From Zootoca vivipara (Eukaryota): a stretch of 64,000 bases of DNA. The notes under the pieces were generated by a model, which worked only from the letters and a program-made list of their open reading frames with translations, made no database searches and was not told the DNA's origin. Numbering within the stretch: the stretch's first letter is position 1; every line of letters begins with the position of its first letter. The DNA lies in contig NC_083281.1 of assembly GCF_963506605.1 (NCBI RefSeq), forward strand, positions 90,644,001-90,708,000, read 5' to 3'. Positions 11,130-23,031 of this stretch are shown piece by piece. The position numbers were made by a program, and so were the translations under genes.

Positions 11130-12150
11130 GCTTGTGCTCCAAAACACCTGGCAAGGCCCAGCTGGGTGAAGGCTGCAGGCCGACCCTGCACGGTCAGCCT
11201 CCTTGTTCTTTAAGAAGGGCGGCGTCTCCTCCGATTGCGGAAGGGAGCACGTGGGAAAGGGGCTGGGGGCGCCGGGGAGGCAGGCAGGCAGGCATTTGCA
11301 CGCAGGCGGGTAATCTCCACAACTCGACCCGCGGCGCAGGTGGCCTTCCCACTAGGAAAGACCAGGCAGGTAGGCTGGCGCTTGGAAACCGGCTGCCCGA
11401 GGGGGGGGGGGACCCCGTTTCCAGGCTTCTCGGTTCCGGAAGCGGCTTTTGGAAAAGAAACTTGGCTCAGAGTTCTCATCTCGGGCCTCCCAGGGCAGGA
11501 ATAGTCTACCTGCGAGCAGCCTCCGTCCTCCAGCTGCCTCCAACCGGGCCGCACTCGGGAGCTCCTTGGGGGCGCCGCGGAGGCGGCAGCTGCTCCCCGG
11601 GCAAAGTCCCCCTCCGTCGGGGCCGCCAGCCCGCGGCGTCTCCTTCCCCCGGCCAAGGCCTCTCCCAGCCCCGCGAAGGGAGCCCGCCCGGCCCGCTTCC
11701 CTTCCGGGGCCGTCCGATCCGAGCGGCCCCTTCCCACCGGCCGGAGCCCCGCGCACGGCCGCACTTACCCGACCGCGCGCCCGGCTCCGCTCCGCCTTTC
11801 CTGCTCGTCGGGCGGGACTGGCGACGGGAGCCCTCCCCGCCGGGCCAGAGCCAGAGCCGCAGCCGCATTGCCCGGTCGCCTGGCCTTCCTGTCTCCGAGA
11901 GGCGGCGTCGGCCTGTGCCGGCCGAGCTCGGCTGGGGCCCGGTTGCTCTCGCCCCGCGGAGGCTTCGCGCCCCCGACCCGAGGACACCTTTGCGCAGGAT
12001 GGCGCGCCGCGGGCCGAGGTTGGGGACGGGCCCTTTGCACGAAGGAGCAAGCCCGGAGCAGGTGGCCTCTTGCGCCCGAACCGCCTCCGCAGGGCGGCTT
12101 TTGGCACGGCAGCAGCCCCCTCCCCATCAGCAGGGCTCAAGGCAGCCTAG
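11130..12150 (-). promoter_or_regulatory. CpG island; likely PSD4 promoter with non-coding exon 1 (donor after 11769)
   Basis: Very GC- and CpG-dense ~1 kb stretch with GC boxes. A minus-strand donor CGG|GTAAGT lies at 11769/11768, about 3.1 kb upstream of the 8659 acceptor. Confidence 0.7.
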
Positions 12151-13454
12151 GAAGCCTCTCTCTGCCCTTTCCCGAGAGTGCATGCAACCGTTTTGCCTGG
12201 TCCACTGGGGGACCCCATCCCCCAACTGCCCCCAGACTGGCCTTTCCCCCCTTGAGCGAAGTGGGGCAGGTTCTGGGCAACTGTTTCAGCAAGGATCCCG
12301 GAAAACAGCACAGGGTTTGGGGTGGGATGGCCCCCCCTTGCCAAGCCGAGGGGGGCGCTTAATAATAATAATAATACGGTAATACATATTTTTCTCAATA
12401 ATGTGAAGTTTCAGTTAGCTTATTGAGAAGATCCAATAAAAAAGCAACTGTACCAAAATGAATTATTGTGAAAACAAGAAATATTAGAGAGGTTTTGCCA
12501 AATTTTGTTCTCATTCATATGTTTTCCAGGTGGGCCTGTGGAAAGGGGCAGGGTGGGGATCACTCACCTCCGTGTTCATTGCCCGCTGGCACAGAACTAG
12601 ATCCAGCTGAATCCTTTAGGCTCCCTCCACTATGGGGTGCCCCAGAAGCACTTTGCACCCACTCTGTCACTACACAACACCAGGCCAGCCCTGGGCACCG
12701 GGAGGGATGTAGAACTGACCCTGCAACATCCCCTGGGAGGGGCAGATCAACCTGTCCTTTGGATCCCAAGGGCAGTGGCCCCAGCTCCTTGCCGTGGGGC
12801 TCAGCCCCGGACCTGCACAGGGGCGGCTTCAGCCATCAGAGCTACTTTCCCATCCCGCACCTCCCAGCCCTAGGTAACGGATGGGGAAGTTTCAACACAG
12901 ACTTACCCAACAGCTGCCTGTTGCCCAGGGCTTGTGTCCATTTCCTGAGCAAGAAAGATGGGGCAAACTTGCTGCTTCCTGTTTGCCTGCAAGTCTACAC
13001 TCACCGTCAGCACCCGTCTCAGGAAGTAACTGTCAGACTGCTCTTTGGGGGGCTCCTTGCAGGGACACAACAAAAAAATTGTTGGCCCAAAGGATGTGCC
13101 TTTTCATCCTCTGCCAAGGTCACCCAGCGAGAAGAGGGTGCCCAGAGGGGAAGGCAAGCAACTGATTCATTGGTTGCCCTCCCCTCCCTGCAATTGCACT
13201 GGGGAAAAACCGCCTCCAGGGTGCTCACAGACCTCCCTGCAGTGGAAAACAGCAGACTGAGTCACCCCAGAGAAACCACATGGGTACCATGCAGTGGCCA
13301 GCCACCCTCCCACCAAAGCCCCTGCTGCAGGTGGCCCAGGCTCACCCCCCCCAAGCGGTGCTGTGAGCCATCTGGGACTGTGGAAGTGAGGGGGTGGGCA
13401 GCAGAAACAAGCTCTGGCTTTACGTTTTTGTTTGAAGTGGCCGTGGAACAACGA

Positions 13455-13642
13455 AAGGAACATAGGAAGCTGGCTTTGTACTGAACCAAACCACTGGTCC
13501 ATCCAGCTCAGTGTTGCCTGCACTAATTGGCAGCTGCTCTCCAGGGTTTCAGATGGAGGGTCTTCCCTAGCCCTCCCTGGAGATGCCACTGGAGAATGAA
13601 CCTGAAACCTTTTTGCCTGCAAGGCAGACGCTCTGCCAGTGA
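13455..13642 (-). mobile_element. tRNA-derived SINE with CR1-type 3' end
   Basis: The minus strand reads a tRNA-like head (B-box-like GGTTCATTCTCC) through to a TTCCTATGTTCC tail. A related copy lies at ~15960-16100 (+). Confidence 0.55.
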
Positions 13643-13646
13643 TCTA

Positions 13647-13889
13647 CAGTGGTACCTCTACTTACGAATTTAATGCGTTCCAAACGCACATTTGTAAGTA
13701 GAAAAAATTTGTGAGTCGAATCCCATAGGAATGCATTGGGAGAAAAAATTCGTAAGTCGAAGCAACCCTATCTAAAAATCCGTAAGTAGAAAAAATCCTA
13801 TCTAAACCGCATCCAAGATGGCGGATGGAGCTCCATTCGTAAGTAGAAACATTCGTAAGTAGAAACATTCGTAAGTAGAGGTACGACTG
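13647..13889. mobile_element. Tigger-like MITE
   Basis: TA|CAGTGGTACCTCTACTTACGAA ... TTCGTAAGTAGAGGTACGACTG|TA with internal CGTAAGTAGA repeats. Confidence 0.88.
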
Positions 13890-14789
13890 TATATGGCCAT
13901 TCCCCTATTAAAACGGTCAGCATCCGAATTACCTTTGCAGAAAGGGAGGGTCCTGCTGGGGCTGGCACTGGGCCTCCCGAGGCCCTCCCGCAACCTGCTT
14001 AGCACTAAGTCAAACCGCATCACACTCTCGGGGACAAAGTGCACGGGGCACTGATCACGTGACGGGCCGTGTGGCGGGTTTGTTTTTCTTCCCTGGCTAG
14101 CAGCCTTGGGACCCAGATTGGGTTGCATTGCGAGGGGGAAAGGAGGCTTTGAACTCGCACGCAAACCGCATGGTTCTGATCGGGATCAGAGTCCTTGCAG
14201 CTGTTGTGCATCCCATCGATGCCAGTGCAGGCCTGACAGAGAAAGGCTGGAGTGGTTGTGCCTTTTGCACAACTCATTTTGGGGAGTATCCAAGTTTGAC
14301 AATCCCAGCAAGGCTAGGAGAGTTGGAGTAGGGGTGCCCTGGCTCCAGCCCCGCCCCCCCCGAAACTGAGCTGGTTCCCTGCCAACTCCCCTTTACTCAC
14401 CTCAAGTTTTGCCAGCCGAGTTCCTCCTTCCAGGTCTCAGATGGTTCAGATAGGCCTGGGGCAAAATTCACGGCAGGAGGCCCCCTTGAATGTTTCTGGT
14501 CCGGATGGTTTGTCTTTTCACAAGGCTCTCCTGTCCCTTTGATCCTGTTTCGCCTCTTGTGAATGAGCTTCGTAGTTTCTTCTCTCTCGCAGAGAGCCTG
14601 CATGCCTACAGAAGAACAGGACAGGGGAGGATGTTGGCGATTTCTCATCCATGGCAGGATCCTGGCATCGCTCTCGCCACAAGCCTGCAGCTGCTGCGGT
14701 CTCCAGAGGAAGCTGCAGCTGGGAAGGAGCAACAGAAGCCTCACAGTCCAGTGTGACCTCGCTTCCCACCTTTGAGAAAGAGAAGCTGC

Positions 14790-14790
<1 letters not shown>

Positions 14791-14820
<30 letters not shown>
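14791..14820. repeat. (CTG)n trinucleotide repeat
   Basis: About 10 units with one interruption. Confidence 0.9.
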
Positions 14821-14821
<1 letters not shown>

Positions 14822-15206
14822 CAGGGGGCCTTTGCCAGGTGGTGAGTGGCACGGCTGAGCTGAGCCGGGGGACTCCTGGGCCCCCACAAGCTCTCCCTGG
14901 TTGCCAGTGCTGTGGGCAAAGATTAATAATGAACAAAGCGTCTTTCTCACTGTCAGTGGAGCCAGCAGTGGAGGAAGAGGGATGGAGGCCAGAGCCCCTC
15001 CCTCTTAAGCAGGCTCAAGATCCCCCCACCCCCAAATGAGCAAGGCAAGAATGAGGTCGGAGCTTGGGAGGAGGAAAAGCATGGGGTACCAGGGCAATAA
15101 GAAGGAGGAATGCGATTTCATCTTGCTGGCTTTTAACACTGAGCTTTTTGCGATAATGCTTTTTAATTTTATTAATCTCTTTCTACCGTGGATAATTTCT
15201 GTATTA

Positions 15207-15360
15207 TACTACACTGCTGTTTTAATTCTTGATGTGCACTTCCCTGGGATTTTTTTAAGGAAAAATGATAGATACAGGTTTTGATATGATAGATACAGAT
15301 TTTTTCCTTTAAAAAAATCCCAGGGTAGTGCACATAAAGAATTAAAACAGCAGTGTAGTA
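15207..15360. repeat. Inverted repeat with ~60-bp arms
   Basis: 15207-15266 is the near reverse complement of 15299-15360. The spacer carries ATGATAGATACAG twice. Confidence 0.85.
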
Positions 15361-15493
15361 AAATATATAATTTTAATTAAATTTTCTGTTTTTCAATTTA
15401 GAATATTTATTTAAGCAACCTTAAAATATCAATGACTTGCCTTCTTCTCTTTCCATGGTTCATTTTGCATAACATAAATCCCTGCATATTTTA

Positions 15494-15749
15494 CAGGGGC
15501 CAGCAAACTTTTTCAGCAGGGGGCCGGTCCACTGTCCCTCAGACCTTGTGGGGGGCTGGACTATACTTTTTTTTGGGGGGGGGATGAACGAATTCCTATG
15601 CCCCACAAATAACCCAGATATGCATTTTACATAAAAGGACACATAAAAGGACACATGTAAAAACACACTGATTCCTGGACTGTCCGCGGGCCAGATTTAG
15701 AAGGCGATTGGGCCAGATCCGCACCCGGGTCTTAGTTTGCCTACCCATG
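15494..15749. mobile_element. hAT MITE (second family) inside an L1 fragment
   Basis: CAGGGGCCAGCAAACT ... AGTTTGCCTACCCATG. Same family as 25432-25680 in opposite orientation. Confidence 0.7.
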
Positions 15750-17815
15750 AACTAAACCATTCAGTACTTCATTATTACATCCATCAAAACTTATTTACAC
15801 TGTTGAATTAATCTCAATGCTGCCAACGTTTTCAAGTGTACATGATTTCCCCCATATATTCAATAAACATTTTCCAGTCTTTCTTTAAACGTATGTTGTT
15901 CTCGTTCTCTTATGCTATATGTTGATAGGTACATGTTTTAAGCAGATCAGGGAATCTTCCAAGGGCTCCATGGCAGAGTGCCTGGTCTGCATGTTCCGCC
16001 CCCAGCTGGGGCTGGGACAGACCCTGGAGAGGGGCTTCCAGTACTGAACTTGATGGGCCGGTGGTCCGACTCGATGTGAGTCAGTTTCCTATGTTCCTGT
16101 CTTAAGAGTGCAAGTATATACTCCAAAGCCACCAGCATTGGGAAGTGTCGGGACGCCCTCTGGCCTGTGGGTGTCATTGCCAGCACATCCCCCGATTGGT
16201 GGGCTGTGGGGGGGTCTTTCCAGGGATGATGTGGGTTTGTGTGCTGCTGTTGCTTATTATTTTTATCTTCCATTCCTGGGCTGCGTAAGCATAGAACTTG
16301 GTAGCTGTCCCCCTGAAATCTGGGACTGTCCCTGGGAAATAGGGAGGGTCTGCAAGGGGTCGTTTTTGATGGCAGCAATTAGAAATACCCCCCAAAAAAG
16401 CTGTAAAACAGAATGGAAGTATGTTGAGGACTTCTTGAAGAGAGAAGGGATAAATGTAGATTTGGTGATTTGTTTAGATTGAAAGATATAAAGGGAAAGT
16501 TGGAGAATATGTGTAAATAGCAGTTTAGATAAAGCGAGATAAAAGAAATCAATTAAAGGAAAGCGGTATTCAAACAACAGGAAGCATTTCCCCCCCTTTT
16601 TCCCTTTTTCATCCTTTTTTTCTCCCCCCCCTTTTTCTTTTCTTTTTTCTTTTTTCTTTCTTCCCTTTGCCTTTCCTTTCTTTTTATATACATATATTGA
16701 TATATTATTTAATATATATGGATATAAAATTTGAAATATTGTCTAGAATATTATTTGGAATATTATTTGATATATTTGATATAACTTTTTTTATAACATT
16801 TTTCCTTGTTCCTTTTTTGTTGTCTGCTAATTTTGATAATTCCTTTTGGTTATACTTTCTTGAATGCCCTTTTTTGTATTTTTTTTGGTTCCTATGTAAT
16901 TTTTTAAAGAATCGAAATAAAGATTTTTTTATTTTTATTTTTAAAGGGAGGGTCTGCAAGGGGAGACCCCAGCCCTAGACGGGGGGCTTTGACTTCTAGG
17001 CAGCAGCCGACAGTGGCCCTTCTGCTTAGCCCATGTGATGTCATACAAGGCCTCTGCTCCTTCTCACAGAGGAAATGAATCAAAGTGTGGAAAGTTATTG
17101 AAAGAGAAGGCTTACAACTAACAGTGAGGGGCAAGGGGATGTTTTCAAAGGGAGGGGTTTCCCGGGGTTCAGTCTCAAGTGTTGCCGCCCCATCAGGGCA
17201 AGGGAGGCTGGCCAGGCTCATTTGAACCTTTCACTCAGGTAAATAGGAAGAGGACCCAGACTCCCTTCCCTTAAGGAGGGTTTTGCTCAGGATTTAGGTA
17301 ACAGGGGGGACCCCCACTCCCCCTTCCTTTGAATCAGGAAACCCCCTCCCCCTTTCTTTACCAAGGACCCAAGCAAGAACCACCCCCCACCACCCCACTT
17401 CTCCTTACCCATTATTTCATGGCGAGACACGGCAGAGTCCCGGTGCCAACACCCAGGGGGAGTTCGGAGTCCCAACAGGGTCAGAGGTGTGCTGTGAGGA
17501 AGCAACACGCCCCCCCACCCCCTCCCCGGACTGCTGAAGATGGAGCGAGAAGGAATGCAGAAAGCTGTCGCAGAAGGAAGGAGGAGCATGTTGGGCGGCA
17601 GGACAGGTTTGACGGCAGTGGATTCCCCAGGCGCAAGAGGAAGCTTCGCTCTTGGCCAGGGCTCAGGAGCCAAAGGCTGGGATGGAAGGAACAGGTTGCA
17701 GCAGAAAGGCTGCCGGGATCCAGAATGGAAAATAGGGTTGCTGTGCTTTCTGGATGAGGGAGGGTCCTAGGAAGCTGAGGAGCTGGTAGGACCGAAGTGA
17801 AACTGCAGCTCCCTT

Positions 17816-17950
17816 TACAGGTAGGTAGCCGTGTTGGTCTGAGTCGAAGCAAAATTAAAAAATTCCTTCAGTAGCACCTTAAAGACCAACTAAGTTTTTA
17901 TTTTGGTATGAGCTTTCGTGTGCATGCACACTTCTTCAGATACACAGAGA
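17816..17950 (-). mobile_element. Solo Penelope pLTR unit carrying an intact hammerhead motif (copy B)
   Basis: 135 bp flanked by 12-bp TSD TGCAGCTCCCTT (17804-17815, 17951-17962). Same sequence family as 1455-1557. Confidence 0.85.
17905..17945 (-). ncRNA. Minimal type I hammerhead ribozyme motif, copy B
   Basis: Minus strand GTGTAT CTGAAGA A GTGTGCATGCACAC GAAA GCTC ATACC, identical to copy A. Confidence 0.75.
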
Positions 17951-19411
17951 TGCAGCTCCCTTGTTATTTTTTGCTGTTGGGTGTTGATGTAACCGTGTAA
18001 CAGTGTTTGAATGTTGTTATATATTTTTTGTTGTGTTGTTTTATTCCATTATTATAATTTTTTTCTGCATTGCTTGATTTTGAAATGCATTTTTGGGGTT
18101 GTAAGCCACTTTGAGCATTGTGTGTGTGTGTATGGAAAAGTGGCATATAAATAAAATTATGAATGGTTAGCCATGCTTCCATTCTCTGAGCAACACAATG
18201 CACACAAGGACATTAAAGAACCATCTCCGAGCATCACAGGTGGATTGTGTCCATAATTCATGATAATCAATTTAATGTTGTTTTAAAAGGGGTCACAAAA
18301 GAAGGAAATCAAAGATCTGAGTGCGTCCTCAACAGTTAAAATGTCATGGCTGCCTGTTTTCAGGTGCCCCGGGAAATATATTTCAGACTCCTGCTGCTGT
18401 TGTGAGGTGGGGGCTTCAACTTCCTTGCAGTGGTTCTTACGGTTGTCCTGCAGTGTCGTCGTCACCCCACCCCAGCAACTTGTAGATAAATAATACCAGA
18501 TTCCTTTCTTTATATTTATTTAATTATTAATAAAAATTTGTACAGCACCCTTCATATTGTAGATCTCAGGGCAGTTCAAAACACACACATGCAAGATTAT
18601 ATATAAACACATTAAACATCATAAAAACGAGAGCAAAATTTCTAGAGGCAGCATCTTTTGGCATCTTAAAAGACATGCAGAATCTGCTCAGGGCTGTTTC
18701 TGTAGGTGATCTGCCTGCCCAAACGCTGCTGGGGGGGGGGGAGTCACAAGCCCAGCAGAAGCCCCGCCCTTCATTTTAACTGAGTTCTTCACGTTCTGCT
18801 AATTTCTTTCGAAACAAATATGTTCAAGCCCTGATGTCCCATATCTTTTCTCCTCATGAGTCCAGAAGATTTCTGGGGAGGGGAATTTGAAGGCAGAAAA
18901 GCAGCAGCTAAGAAAGCTGCTGGAGACATCCCCCCCCCCATCCCCTCCGCACTGGCTTCTCACTGGAGATCTCAGCCATCCCACAGTGGCACAGTGTGGC
19001 TTCAGAAGGGAAGCTGCATGTTCAGGGGTGGCACGATTGGTGCTGGAGACAATCAGCTGGGGGAAGGGGGGCTATTCACACACAGCCCTCCGAGAGAGTC
19101 CCTGGGGCATCTGTCCGGATAAGAAGTGCTGGATCTTGTGAAGCTACTTGTTTGCCCTTAATGACCTGCCTGGAGAGGACCCCTTGAAGGCTGAGAGGGA
19201 TGTCTGGGGGGCTCTCCACGCTTGGCCACCTTTACAGCTGCTCCATCCGAAAACTTCCACTTTTGATGAGGGTGGGAGGACTAGGGTGGCTGAGAGAGGA
19301 GGAAAAAAGGAGAACAGCAGCTTGGAAATCCTCCCAGGAGCCTTAGGAGCCCTCGGTGTGGCTGTGCCAGGCACCTGGGCAGGTCCGGGGGCAGGGGGTG
19401 CCCCTCAAGGC

Positions 19412-20883
19412 TCAGCAGGGCTGGAAATAAAAGTCCACCACATGAGAAGGTCCCGGGAGCTGCGTGAGGCCAAGAGGTTCGTTGGCTCTGGAAGAGGTGC
19501 ACAGGAACCAGCCGGGATGGGCAGCCGACTCAAACCGCCAAGCCCCGTCTTTGTTAGAGGAGAAGAACGTGAAACGGCTGGACTCCTTCCTGCCACCTTT
19601 GGGCAGATCTGTGATGTTGACGCTCTGAGGAGGAGGAGGAGAGAAAAGGAAGCGATCTGATGAGGGTGGCAGGCAGAGGGAGAAGGAGGCTGCCCCCTGT
19701 CTGCTTTGGGCTAGCGTCCCCCTGACTAGTGAGGGGCGAGAGAGAGTTCCCAAGGAAGACAGATCTTTAGAACATAAGAAGAGCCTGCTGGATCAGGCCC
19801 ATGTCCCTTGTGGCCCAGCATCCTGTTCTCGCAGAGGCCAACCAGATGCCCCAATTGGAAGCCCGCAAGCAGGATTTGAGCCAAGAGCCCTCTCCCATCC
19901 TGCGGTATCCAGCAACTAGTAATTCAGAAGCATTGCTGCCTCCAACTGTGGCGGCAGAGCAGACCCATCACGGCTAGTAGCCATCAATGGCCCCCTCCTC
20001 CATCTAAAGCAGGCACCCCCAAACTCCACCCTCCAGGTGTTTGGGGACTACAATTCCCATCACCCCTGACCACTGGTCCTGTTAGCTAGGGATGGTGGGA
20101 GTTGTAGTCCCAAAACATCTGGAGGGCCGAGTTTGGGGGTGCCTGATGTAAAGTCATGGACTTGTCAGGTAGCAGCTACCCAGACTCTTTCCAAGGCCGG
20201 CCTGCCGCTGCTTCCGCCACCCACCCCTGGCTCTCTGCTCTTAAGCTGGCACGTGGCAGGAGGAGGATTGACGGTGAGGCTTTCAACCCCCTAGGGACCC
20301 AGGTGGCGCTGTGGTTAAACCACTGAGCCTAGGGCTTGCTGATCAGAAGGTCGGTGGTTCGAATCCCTGTGACGGGGTGAGCTCCCGTTGCTTGGTCCCA
20401 GCTCCTGCCAACCTAGCAGTTTGAAAGCACATAAAAATGCAAGTAGATAAATAGGAACCGCTATAGCAGGAAGGTAAACGGCGTTTCCATGTGCTGCTCT
20501 GGTTTGCCAGAAGCGGCTTTGTCATGCTGGCCACATGACCTGGAAGCTATATGCCGGCTCCCTGGGCCAATAATGCGAGATGAGCGCGCAACCCCAGAGT
20601 CGGTCACGACTGGACCTAATGGTCAGGGGTCCCTTTACCTTTACCTTTCCACCCCCTCTGTGAGCACATCCTATGAGGATGCCAAACTGCCTCTCCTCAC
20701 CTCAAGCCGCAGCGCAGGCCAGGTGCCGGAGGAGCAGGCCAGGCACCTCTTCCCATCCTGAATGCTCAAGATGATGGAGACCTTCTCGTGGTCAAAGGCC
20801 CGGTTGTGAATCCAGTAGATCTTCTCTAGGGATGGGAAAGAGTAGGTGAGAGAGTATGTTGGCGTCCTGCGGGGAACCCAGTA

Positions 20884-20935
<52 letters not shown>

Positions 20936-23031
20936 TTATTATTTATACCCCGCCCATCTGGCCGGGTTTCCCCAGCCACTCTGGGCGGCTTCCAACAGAA
21001 ACATTAAAATACACTAATTTATTAAACATTAAAAGCCTCCCTAAACGGCTGCCTTCAGATGTCTTCTAAAAATCTGGTACGTAGCTGTTTTCCTTTTTGA
21101 CATCTGATGGGAGGGCGTTCCACAGGGCAGGCGCCATCACCGAGAAGGCCCTCTGCCTGGTTCCCTGCAACTTGGCTTCTCGCAATGAGGGAACCGCAAG
21201 AAGGCCCTCGGAGCTGGACCTCAGTGTCCGGGCAGAACGATGGGGGGTGGAGACGCCAACCAGAGAGGCTGGGGTGTGAGGGCATCCCCAGGGGTCATCC
21301 TGATGGGTGGTGTCAGGGTTAGGGGCTCAGTAGCAGTCAGAGGACAAGGGTGTGGTCTACCCTTGCCTCTTTTGCTGTCCTGGAGGGAGGTGGGGGGATG
21401 ACCTTCAAGCCCAGGATGTGGGTGGCCTTGCATACACAACCTGCCTCTAGCTTAGAGGGCCACAACCAGGGGAAAAGAAGGGTATCCAGTTTCCTTTCCC
21501 AGTGACTGATGCCAAGACACAGGAGCCCATAAGAGAAATCCAGAGCTGATGGTTGAGGTAGAATTGGGCCGGGGAGGGGGCAGCAGAAGTGGTGGAGAGG
21601 CAGAACAGGAGAATGAGCAGGAGAAAGTCTGCAGGAGAGGGAAGCAATGGTGGAAGCAAGAGCACACATGGGCACACACACACAAACACGTTCTGTGCCA
21701 GGCAGGCAATCGAGGGCAGCATCAACGCAGGAGGAGAAGAACAGGCTGTGCCGATGGAAGGAGAAAGTTGCAGGTCTCTCCCTTTGAGAAATCATAGAAT
21801 TTAAAGGGACCCCACTGGTCATCTGGCCCAAGCCCTTGCAATGCAGGAATCACAGCTATGTTCCAGGCTCCCCAAGTGGTCCAACCCCAGGTCCTGTCTG
21901 CCCGGTGGGAGGGAGGCATTGGTTGTGTCCACAATATGGGTCACATCCAACCCATGAGGAATAGGTCTTCTCCCACCAGCCTATAAGCTTCAGGAAAGCA
22001 AAACCCTGCAGACTCACCTTCCAGGGCAGAATCGGGGCCTTGCAGGTATCCAGCTACCAGCTCATTGTTCTGGAGGTAGAGGGACTTCTGGTTGACATCC
22101 CAGATTCTGAAACAACAAGGCTGCCTTTACAAGAAAAATCTTCCCCTTTTCTCTCCCCAGCAAAAAACCTCATAGTATAAGCCTCAGCATTATCCAGATC
22201 TTAAGGTGTGCATGCACACACAGAGGACTGAGCTGCTTCAGACTTGACCAATCAGCATGGACACCTCATTGCCCATACCTGGCTCCACAGGCACGGCCTG
22301 CCATTTACAAAACCCGCCAGCACTGGCAATGCTAAAGATCCTGGCCAGGGCGGTGCTTGTCCCTTTCTAGGCAGAGTGGCATTGGTTCATCACCCCCAGC
22401 AACTCCTCTCCCCTTTGACTCATCAGGCTTGCCTCCCCAACCCCTTGTACTGTCAGCATTACCAGGCAACATCAAACTCGCCAGGAAGAAATCGTATGCA
22501 AAACTGGACTGAAAAGAAACACGCTGTATTCATAATGTGATAAAATAGAGCTGTAGTCTTGCATTGGGCAGTGTGAATGGGGAGGGAAGGTGTGTTGTCA
22601 ATCCATCCCAAGTGAGGAGAGATTCCCTTTCACACTTTTCACTAACTGCAAGACTCGCTACTCATCTACTTTGATGAGAAGCTGGCTTGGTCTTAAGAGT
22701 GACACCTGATTGCAGGCAAAAAGCAGAAATCGGGCATTGTCGAACAGCGTTGATTAGGAAGTCCCAGGACAGAGAAGTTTTTTGGTGGGCACAGAGGTTT
22801 CTGTATTCTCACAAGCATCCAGTTAGCACCCTTTCCCTCCTAAGTTATACTTGCCACTTACGAAGGAGCACCCACTCTGCCATGGAAACCACCTGTACGC
22901 AGTTGGGCCCAGGGCACTTACCTGGACCTGAAGACGGCTGCCCGGGCAAAGACCTTCTTCTCCCCATCTGGACAGAGAAAAGAAAGGAGGAAGAAGAGGA
23001 TATGACTCCCAGGGTATTTGTGAGACTCCAT
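19412..23031 (-). CDS. IL1RN: Interleukin-1 receptor antagonist-like protein, secreted form (178 aa)
   Basis: Exons (minus): 23031-22922, 22106-22018, 20825-20701, 19624-19412 (TGA); 537 nt, all GT-AG and phase-compatible. Protein: [119 protein letters not shown]...[13 protein letters not shown]...DFYFQPC. Exon 2 closely matches human IL1[27 protein letters not shown]. The IL-1 family signature FESAxxPGWFL is present and PSD4 is adjacent. Confidence 0.88.
19769..20009 (-). mobile_element. CR1-type LINE 3' fragment
   Basis: AGAACATAAGAAGAGCCTGCTGGATCAGGCC 3'-end motif shared with other copies in the window. Confidence 0.65.
20010..20145. mobile_element. hAT MITE (same family as 932-1067)
   Basis: TIR CAGGCACCCCCAAACT with TSD ATCTAAAG/ATGTAAAG (one mismatch). 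Confidence 0.88.
20294..20648 (+). mobile_element. Sauria SINE
   Basis: Near-identical to 5082-5438, with (ACCTTT)n tail and TSD-like TTTCAACCCCCT/TTTCCACCCCCT. Confidence 0.9.
20883..21260 (-). mobile_element. L2 LINE 3' fragment with (TAA)n tail
   Basis: (AAT)n followed by TTTATACCCCGCCCATCTGG...CCCAGCCACTCTGGGCGGCT. Shared with copies at 37627, 42140, 48390, 50850, 58150 and 61240. Confidence 0.8.

Noticed and set aside
11132-12398. Overlapping long ORFs (416, 262, 233 aa) on both strands
   Set aside because: Stop-poor CpG island giving Pro/Arg/Gly-rich translations with no recognisable domain; explained as the PSD4 promoter.
12468-13484. 338-aa ORF
   Set aside because: GTG start, no domain or plausible exon structure, and it ends in a SINE.
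13647-13889. Short spaced repeats resembling a CRISPR-like array
   Set aside because: These are subterminal repeats of a TA-flanked Tigger-like MITE in eukaryotic DNA, with irregular spacing.
16590-16945. T-rich and Lys/Phe-rich ORFs
   Set aside because: Low-complexity LINE 3' tail sequence.
22206-22221. GTGTGCATGCACAC palindrome matching hammerhead stem II
   Set aside because: It lacks the CTGAAGA and GAAAGCTC boxes and the pLTR flanks; at most a remnant or chance match.
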